Source: Nitrososphaeria archaeon (GTDB taxonomy: Archaea; Thermoproteota; Nitrososphaeria; JACIWG01). Taken from it: 12,385 nucleotides of DNA. The stretch lies in contig JBEKIG010000033.1 of NCBI GenBank assembly GCA_050011875.1, forward strand, positions 1-12,385, given 5' to 3'. This document shows positions 1 through 5,698 of this stretch, piece by piece. Made by a program: the position numbers and the translations under genes. The notes beneath the pieces are model-generated. The model was not told the DNA's origin. It saw nothing but the letters and a program-made list of their open reading frames with translations, and did not search any database. Every line of letters begins with the position of its first letter. Position 1 is the stretch's first letter.

Positions 1-4
1 AAAC

Positions 5-36
5 TTTTAGGCGCGACACTCCGTTTACGCCTAAAA
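5..36. repeat. Left-end inverted repeat/hairpin
   Basis: TTTTAGGCG (5-13) and CGCCTAAAA (28-36) form a perfect 9-bp inverted repeat with a 14-nt spacer. A second small hairpin, TTTAGG-AAAA-CCTAAA, lies at 63-78. Confidence 0.75.
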
Positions 37-183
37 CAGCACCCACATTCTCTTGACAGTTATTTAGGAAAACCTAAAAATGGCACATAGCTTTTCTGCC
101 TACAAGTCGGAAAAAATGAGAGTATATAAAGACGTGTTATTTATAGGCGCGAAGGTAATTTCTAACAATTTAAGAGGTATGCG

Positions 184-227
184 TTTAGGAATTGGCAAAA
201 GAAGGTTGCCGTCTTTAGGGATTGGCA
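184..227 (+). repeat. Direct repeat TTTAGGRATTGGCA x2
   Basis: 184-197 TTTAGGAATTGGCA and 214-227 TTTAGGGATTGGCA match at 13/14 positions, 30 nt apart. Confidence 0.7.
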
Positions 228-355
228 TATTTTTACACTAATCATAAGAGAAAAGCACCCTAATATTTTCTTGTGAAGTTTCTACTCACATTTTATAAGA
301 TTAGGGGGGGTATAGGGTGATGTCTACTCATTGACTATAATGGACATATATGAGC

Positions 356-400
356 AATAAAACCCTTTATCTATCATTAATGGTCATTTTATCGTGGTGA
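356..400 (+). promoter_or_regulatory. Putative archaeal-type BRE/TATA promoter and GGTGA ribosome-binding site of the structural operon
   Basis: A-rich AATAAAACCC is followed by TTTATCTA (366-373). GGTGA at 396-400 lies 9 nt before the ATG at 410. The region is AT-rich, so the TATA call is weak. Confidence 0.35.
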
Positions 401-409
401 TTTTGAAAT

Positions 410-832
410 ATGGTTACTAAAACAGTTGACCAAGTCGTTGCTAAGTGGGCTCAAAATACCCAAAACGCAACTACTTACATGAAACAGGGAGTCCAAAACG
501 TCACGACAAACCCAATGGACAAAGCCGCTGCGGCTCTACCTAAAGCGTTAGCAAATTATAGCGCAAGGGTTAATGATGGTAGCATGGCCGCAAAGATGAA
601 AGCGGTTACTTTGCCACAGTGGCAAGATGCCATGATTAATAAGGGTATTCCGCGTGTCGCTCAAGGTGTGACTTCCGCAGTACCAAAAACAACCACAGCT
701 TTTGGCAAACTGTTGCCTTACATTGACAAAGGTCAAAAGATTGTTGAGTCTATGCCTAACACGTCATTAGTGGACAGCAAATCAAGGATGAACGCATTTT
801 TCGACCATATGGCCGCGTATCCTAAATCTTAA
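410..832 (+). CDS. Putative major nucleocapsid/DNA-binding virion protein (alpha-helical, SEV1 VP4-like by recollection)
   Basis: 140 aa, Ala/Gln/Lys-rich, helical pattern, net basic (17 K+R vs 8 D+E). First gene of the operon, with a GGTGA RBS. Notable segments: KW..GV..VT.NP..KAA, VTL.QW...MINKGIPR, MP..SL.D...RM. Family assignment is from memory, not a search. Confidence 0.6.
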   Translation: MVTKTVDQVVAKWAQNTQNATTYMKQGVQNVTTNPMDKAAAALPKALANYSARVNDGSMAAKMKAVTLPQWQDAMINKGIPRVAQGVTSAVPKTTTAFGKLLPYIDKGQKIVESMPNTSLVDSKSRMNAFFDHMAAYPKS

Positions 833-848
833 CTAAAGGTGACATAGC

Positions 849-1760
849 ATGTCAATAGTTATCCGTCCAGTTCTCCCGCCAACAACTCAAGCAGACTCAG
901 GCACAACCACTATACTAATCAGTGATAACGTTAAAGCTCACGGGTTTTTGTTAGAAATAACAAACGTGGGTGGAGCAACAGCCGGTCTTAACATAACTGA
1001 TATGATTTCTAATATTCAGTTACTAAAGAACGGCTCAGAGCAGATTGTTTACGGTTCAGCAAATGCGCTTAGATCAATAGCTCACGATGTTGGCGTTAAA
1101 TGTCCAAATGAGATATATAATCTAGCTGGTGGTGCTACTCAAACAATGGTTATCCCTATTCTATTTGGGGACGACCTAATTGATCCGAACCACTACCTAG
1201 ACTTGTCGCAAATCTCATTGCTGCAACTGATAATAACGTATGCGTTTACAATTGCTGTAACGGGATTCACAACGGGGACAGCTTCATTTGCTCTCTACGG
1301 CATATACGAATACGATCAGCCAATGGGTGCTTATCAAGGTTACATTCACACTAAGCAAGCAGACTCTTACGCTGCTGCTGCGAGCGGCAACCACACTACG
1401 TTGCTACCTACAACTACACAGCTTTCTAGTGTACATCTAATTTCAAACACCTATGCGGGCGACATTTCGACACCAATAGGTAATATTTTGTATAGAGCAA
1501 ATCAAGGACAGCGCATTTTTTGGAATGACACAGCCGCAAGGTTAAGACGTTATACACAAATGCTTAGTCCGGCCTATCCTTGGCTACACGCTAATGCTTT
1601 CGTTGCAGCAATACCAAATATTTGCTCCTTCTTCCACTCAGTAGGAGATAATGAAAGCTTAGACTTGACACCAAATGAATACTCTATGCTTGAATTGGTG
1701 CAGACGAATCAGAGCGCAACAGGTACGGTGCTAGTAATGTACCGTGAATTAGTGCAATAA
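849..1760 (+). CDS. Putative double-jelly-roll-like major capsid/structural protein
   Basis: 303 aa, beta-strand-rich, with two similar halves (ISNIQLLKNGSEQIVYGSANALR vs IGNILYRANQGQRIFWNDTAARLR; YLDLSQISLLQLIIT vs LDLTPNEYSMLELVQT), as expected for tandem jelly rolls. GGTGA RBS at 838-842; followed by a terminator-like hairpin. Confidence 0.55.
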   Translation: MSIVIRPVLPPTTQADSGTTTILISDNVKAHGFLLEITNVGGATAGLNITDMISNIQLLKNGSEQIVYGSANALRSIAHDVGVKCPNEIYNLAGGATQTMVIPILFGDDLIDPNHYLDLSQISLLQLIITYAFTIAVTGFTTGTASFALYGIYEYDQPMGAYQGYIHTKQADSYAAAASGNHTTLLPTTTQLSSVHLISNTYAGDISTPIGNILYRANQGQRIFWNDTAARLRRYTQMLSPAYPWLHANAFVAAIPNICSFFHSVGDNESLDLTPNEYSMLELVQTNQSATGTVLVMYRELVQ

Positions 1761-1791
1761 GTCCCCATCCCTTATTGCACTTTTTCATTTT
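1751..1791 (+). terminator. Intrinsic terminator-like hairpin after the first two genes
   Basis: Perfect 11-bp stem AGTGCAATAAG (1751-1761)/CTTATTGCACT (1771-1781), 9-nt loop TCCCCATCC, then TTTTCATTTT. Confidence 0.75.
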
Positions 1792-1803
1792 ATTGGAGCC
1801 ATC

Positions 1804-2169
1804 ATGGTGACTGAGCAAGTAAATGTAGTGCCGTTTAACTTAGATTTTAATGGAGTCTTACAAGTAGCAAGCCAACAACTTGTATTTTTGCCACTAGCTG
1901 AATCGCGATTCTGTTATATAAATCGCATAAGCGGTTATAACAATGCGGCAAACACGTATAACGGGATTGTTGGAATTATTGACAGCGGAGGAAACTACGT
2001 CCCAATATCAATAACTGCATGCGCTCAAAATGCTGCTTTTAACACACAAATAGACAAAACAATAATACCAACTTTAGGCGCTTATTGGCAGTTTACCGCT
2101 ACGTCTTACCCAGTAACACCACAAGCCATGATAGATGGCTACTATTATGACATAGTGGAGAGTGAATAA
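1804..2169 (+). CDS. Hypothetical beta-rich protein (possible single-jelly-roll minor virion protein)
   Basis: 121 aa with alternating hydrophobic strands; GGAG at 1795-1798; lies in the structural block. Confidence 0.6.
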   Translation: MVTEQVNVVPFNLDFNGVLQVASQQLVFLPLAESRFCYINRISGYNNAANTYNGIVGIIDSGGNYVPISITACAQNAAFNTQIDKTIIPTLGAYWQFTATSYPVTPQAMIDGYYYDIVESE

Positions 2170-2205
2170 GCTATTAAATAAAGCCGTCATTCTTCGGCTC
2201 GCAAG

Positions 2206-2832
2206 ATGCAATATATTTACTATGCAAGTACGCCAATTAACACGCCGATTGCGAGCCCATTGGTTACTGATTGCGCTCTCACTAACGGCTTTATTACAAA
2301 TATGCTTATTGTTATACCTGCGGGTTGCGTCGGTTTAGTAGGCGTCCAATTACAATATGCAAGCCGTCAATTTTTCCCAATAAATTTAAACAAGTGGCTT
2401 ACTGGTGATGGACTAGAAGTTATTTTTGGCGAGAATTTAGACTTAACAACGGGATCAAGAACAGTACAACTACTGACTTATAATTTAGACGACACATACC
2501 AACACACCGTTGAGGTTGTGTTTACTGTTGAACAGATGCCTAGTGAAACCACGACTCAAATCGGTGGAGGTGGAGGGGTTGAAGTTACAGAGATCACAAC
2601 CACTATAACAAATAATGACACAAACCCACTACCTCCATCAAACCAATATCAATGTAAAGACGGTTCATGGGTTGATGATCCCTCTAAATGTCCAGAAACA
2701 CCAACCCCAAGTCCAGAACCAACACCAACACCAACACCACCACCAACACCACCACCAACACCACCACCAACACCACCACCAACACCACCACCAATAAAAA
2801 TTAGTATATCTGAGTTAATGCTATTGATGTGA
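2206..2832 (+). CDS. Hypothetical virion protein: beta-sandwich N-domain, Gly/Thr linker, Cys-pair motif, Pro/Thr tail
   Basis: 208 aa. The N-terminal ~110 aa are beta-rich (IPAGCVGLVGVQL...WLTGDG...YNLDDTYQH), followed by G6, CKDGSWVDDPSKCP, (TPPP)5 and a short hydrophobic end. Confidence 0.7.
   Translation: MQYIYYASTPINTPIASPLVTDCALTNGFITNMLIVIPAGCVGLVGVQLQYASRQFFPINLNKWLTGDGLEVIFGENLDLTTGSRTVQLLTYNLDDTYQHTVEVVFTVEQMPSETTTQIGGGGGVEVTEITTTITNNDTNPLPPSNQYQCKDGSWVDDPSKCPETPTPSPEPTPTPTPPPTPPPTPPPTPPPTPPPIKISISELMLLM
2719..2793 (+). repeat. Coding tandem repeat (CCAACA)n then (ACACCACCACCA)x5 encoding a Pro/Thr linker
   Basis: Five perfect 12-nt units at 2734-2793, preceded by 6-nt CCAACA units. 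Confidence 0.95.
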
Positions 2833-2836
2833 TGAT

Positions 2837-3226
2837 ATGGTTATAAATTCACTTCGTGATATAGCCGGTTGTACGCCATGGCGTTATTCTTCAACAAATA
2901 CTTATAATGACCAAATTCAACATTTTATCACAATCATCACAGTAGATAGCGATAAAGTTTTACAACTAACGCATCTTGATTGGAGAGTTTATGCGGGAAG
3001 CAGTACAGGAGTATTCCGAATATCTGATTCAGATGCTTCGTTTGTTTGTAGTTTATATACTGCTTATCAAATACAATCAGGTTCATCATTAGACATGATG
3101 TTAAACGTATTTTTAGATAAGAATATAAGTTTATATGGTGTTGTTCAAGCAAACGATACTCCGTTCACTTTAGCTCTTAATTTTCATGGTCTAATGTATA
3201 AACTAGGTGAAGGGGTGCTTGATTAA
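2837..3226 (+). CDS. Hypothetical beta-rich protein (possible single jelly roll)
   Basis: 129 aa, strand-like pattern; its stop codon directly abuts the next ATG. Confidence 0.6.
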   Translation: MVINSLRDIAGCTPWRYSSTNTYNDQIQHFITIITVDSDKVLQLTHLDWRVYAGSSTGVFRISDSDASFVCSLYTAYQIQSGSSLDMMLNVFLDKNISLYGVVQANDTPFTLALNFHGLMYKLGEGVLD

Positions 3227-4090
3227 ATGTCTTCAGGAGCGCCGGACTATGATAAAACAAGGCAAGTTTTATCATCTGACATTGTAACAGCGTTAAACAC
3301 GCTAAATACATCTATAAATAACCTTAATACTGAATTTACAGGTCAAATTAATACCGATTTGGTCAACTTACAAACAGCACTTAATAACGATATAACTGCT
3401 TTACAAACAGCTACTCATGCTTATTTAAAACAACTAGCTGTGCGTTTAAACGCCCTACCTAACCCAACAGATACAGGTGATGTATTTTTAAGTATTTGTG
3501 ATTCTATTTGTTATGCTTCGAGCATGTGGCTTTTACCGGCATCAGGAGGTTATATAGTACCATCAACAAAATATGGTCAATTTAATAGACCATCTTTAAA
3601 AGTAGTGACAAGCTCAACAATAAATGATACAGGTGGGTTAATATTTAATTTCTTGCCAACAAGTGTTGGAGTTATTGGTTTCGCAGGATACTTTATTGGA
3701 TACACCTATAACGCCTTAATCAACATTATAATAAGTCATACAATCTCTGGAAATAACTACACATACGGGCTTAAAGTTAATTTAAATGGTGGAGCTGTTG
3801 CTTATTGGGGTTCAGATAGCGCTTGGCATTCTGGTGGGACAATCCCAATATATAACGGCGCTGGTATGCCTTTTTCTATTAAAATAACTATTGATTTAGC
3901 TGCACACAAATATGGTCACTTATACTTAGGTGGTGACATGGTTTTAGATATGACCGCTTATTCATTTAGTTATGGAGCCGGTTCAAATCCAGACTCTACT
4001 TTAATAGAATGTTTTATAAGCAATATCGCCGCTTCATCTCAAACAATTTATATACAGGACGCTGTATTAACAACAAATGAGGTTCTTTAA
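3227..4090 (+). CDS. Putative spike/receptor-binding protein (coiled-coil stalk plus lectin-like beta-sandwich head)
   Basis: 287 aa. N-terminal GAPDY, heptad-like L/I/N/T segment at about aa 19-76 (IVTALNTLNTSINNLNT...), then a Gly/Tyr/Ser-rich beta domain. Confidence 0.55.
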   Translation: MSSGAPDYDKTRQVLSSDIVTALNTLNTSINNLNTEFTGQINTDLVNLQTALNNDITALQTATHAYLKQLAVRLNALPNPTDTGDVFLSICDSICYASSMWLLPASGGYIVPSTKYGQFNRPSLKVVTSSTINDTGGLIFNFLPTSVGVIGFAGYFIGYTYNALINIIISHTISGNNYTYGLKVNLNGGAVAYWGSDSAWHSGGTIPIYNGAGMPFSIKITIDLAAHKYGHLYLGGDMVLDMTAYSFSYGAGSNPDSTLIECFISNIAASSQTIYIQDAVLTTNEVL

Positions 4091-4297
4091 ATGGTAGCTT
4101 CAAAACCGATTTATTATAGTAAGACCTTTTGGCTAAGTGTTTTAACAGTGATTGCTGGAACTATACAGCTTATAATAGGACAAAACTTAGTTGCCGGAAC
4201 AGCATTAACATCTTTAGGTTACATCTACATGATTCTTAGATTTATGACAACTCAGCCGCTAGACGTTTTGCCTTCTGGTGGAATACCTCCGGCATGA
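4091..4297 (+). CDS. Small membrane protein with 2 predicted TM helices (virion membrane or holin-like)
   Basis: 68 aa. KPIYYSKTFW precedes a hydrophobic helix; a second helix ends in LRFMTTQP. GAGGT RBS 7 nt upstream. Confidence 0.7.
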   Translation: MVASKPIYYSKTFWLSVLTVIAGTIQLIIGQNLVAGTALTSLGYIYMILRFMTTQPLDVLPSGGIPPA

Positions 4298-4300
4298 CAA

Positions 4301-4495
4301 ATGAGAGCAATAAACCGTTTAGATGTGTTGATAATAAGCCTAGTTGTCATATTTGTAATAAACTTAGTCGCCGTTAGATACTCAGAACCGGAGGGGATAT
4401 TGATAACAGCAATGGGAACAATAGTAACTTTGACAGGTTATGCTTTCATTAGACCAATGGTTGTTAATGAATGTAACATGAACGGAGATAAATAA
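4301..4495 (+). CDS. Small membrane protein with 2 predicted TM helices
   Basis: 64 aa; hydrophobic stretches VLIISLVVIFVINLVAV and ILITAMGTIVTLTGYAFI. Confidence 0.65.
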   Translation: MRAINRLDVLIISLVVIFVINLVAVRYSEPEGILITAMGTIVTLTGYAFIRPMVVNECNMNGDK

Positions 4496-4674
4496 TGACA
4501 GATTGGCAAGTACAGTCAAGATATGATATAGCGCAATTAATAGCACTTGTGCATAGTGACATAAAGGACAATTCAAGCAACCAATTTAAGCAAGCTATAC
4601 TTTTTAAAGTTGGTGAGCATCTAGGGTTGGCCGCGTCTTACATGAGAGCAGTTGATACACAAGCAGACATTTAA
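4495..4674 (+). CDS. Hypothetical 59-aa protein (not in ORF track)
   Basis: MTDWQVQSRYDIAQLIALVHSDIKDNSSNQFKQAILFKVGEHLGLAASYMRAVDTQADI*. TAATG overlap with the upstream stop, GGAG at 4484-4487, and it fills the intergenic gap. Confidence 0.75.
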   Translation: MTDWQVQSRYDIAQLIALVHSDIKDNSSNQFKQAILFKVGEHLGLAASYMRAVDTQADI

Positions 4675-4686
4675 GGAGATTAATAA

Positions 4687-4905
4687 ATGGCAAGTGATGA
4701 ATACGAAATTGATGACTTACAACAGCGTAAACAGCTTGTAGGTGGTGGCTCACTAATAGACGTTATGCATGTAGATTATCACATGAAAAACGGCATGGTA
4801 GGTTTTGTTGATCTCCCCGTCGGAAAAGCCACAAAAGAAGCTATTGACGTTGCTATAAAATCAAAGATTCAAGCTGTTAATGATATATTGACGCTTGGAA
4901 AATGA
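4687..4905 (+). CDS. Hypothetical 72-aa protein
   Basis: AAGGAG RBS upstream; ATGA overlap with the next gene. Confidence 0.75.
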   Translation: MASDEYEIDDLQQRKQLVGGGSLIDVMHVDYHMKNGMVGFVDLPVGKATKEAIDVAIKSKIQAVNDILTLGK

Positions 4906-5696
4906 ACATTGAACAGGGCATTATTTTAGCCCTATTTTCTTGTATTACTATTCTTAATATTGATATTGGAGATTTTCAAAACTCCTTTAGACGTGCAATT
5001 CCCTCTATTTTTAACGCTGTTACCGATTGGTTTTGGAATTGGATAGTACAACCTATTGTTAACTTCATCAATATTGCTGAAAACGAAGCAAAAGACCTTG
5101 CGAACCAAGCCATAAATGGTGTTCAAGGTGCTCTTAATTGGGCAACCTCTGTTATGAACCAAGCATGGAATTGGGTTCAGTCCGCAATACAAACCACAGA
5201 AAACTTTGCCAACTCAGCAATAAACGATGTTATAAATTGGGCTAATAATACATGGAATTGGTTAAATCAATATAAAAACTTTATTTGGGCTATTTGTGTT
5301 ACTTACTTTAATAACCTTATAGCGTTTTGCACAACATATTGGAATAATTTTATTCATTTAGTTGGCGACTTATGGAATAATATTGTAGCGATTTGCACAA
5401 CATATTGGAATAATTTTATTCATTTAGTTGGCGACTTATGGAATAATAATTTTATTCATTTAGTTGGCGACTTATGGAATAATATTGTAGCGATTTGCAC
5501 AACTTACTGGAATAAGCTCATACAACTTTTAAGCGCTGATTGGTCTTTTATAATGAATCTTATTCATGATCCAATTAACACACTAAAAGACATTGTATTT
5601 TCCATATTGAAACAGTTTGCGATGGACTTTGCCATATTATGCGGTTGGATCATCACTGGACTTATGAATTTAAATGTAGATAAGATATTTAATTAA
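4902..5696 (+). CDS. Trp/Asn-rich amphipathic helical repeat protein (membrane-associated, tape-measure-like)
   Basis: 264 aa with hydrophobic N- and C-termini and an 11-residue aromatic periodicity (NNFIHLVGDLW / NNIVAICTTYW). Confidence 0.7.
   Translation: MNIEQGIILALFSCITILNIDIGDFQNSFRRAIPSIFNAVTDWFWNWIVQPIVNFINIAENEAKDLANQAINGVQGALNWATSVMNQAWNWVQSAIQTTENFANSAINDVINWANNTWNWLNQYKNFIWAICVTYFNNLIAFCTTYWNNFIHLVGDLWNNIVAICTTYWNNFIHLVGDLWNNNFIHLVGDLWNNIVAICTTYWNKLIQLLSADWSFIMNLIHDPINTLKDIVFSILKQFAMDFAILCGWIITGLMNLNVDKIFN
5310..5510 (+). repeat. Coding tandem repeat of 33-nt units (A'-B-A-B-[N]B-A)
   Basis: A 54-nt stretch is identical at 5328-5381 and 5394-5447 (66-nt period). AATAATTTTATTCATTTAGTTGGCGACTTATGG occurs three times. 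Confidence 0.95.
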
Positions 5697-5698
5697 CC

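Noticed and set aside
2615-2797. His/Gln-rich 60-aa ORF (HQHHH repeats) suggesting a metal-binding peptide
   Set aside because: It is the alternate-frame reading of the CCA/ACA Pro-Thr repeat inside ORF 2206-2832, and has no clear RBS.
5310-5510. 33-nt repeats resembling a mini CRISPR array or a DGR template/variable repeat pair
   Set aside because: The units are in-frame coding, the intervening sequences are themselves repeated, there is no adenine-specific mismatch pattern, and no cas or RT gene is present.
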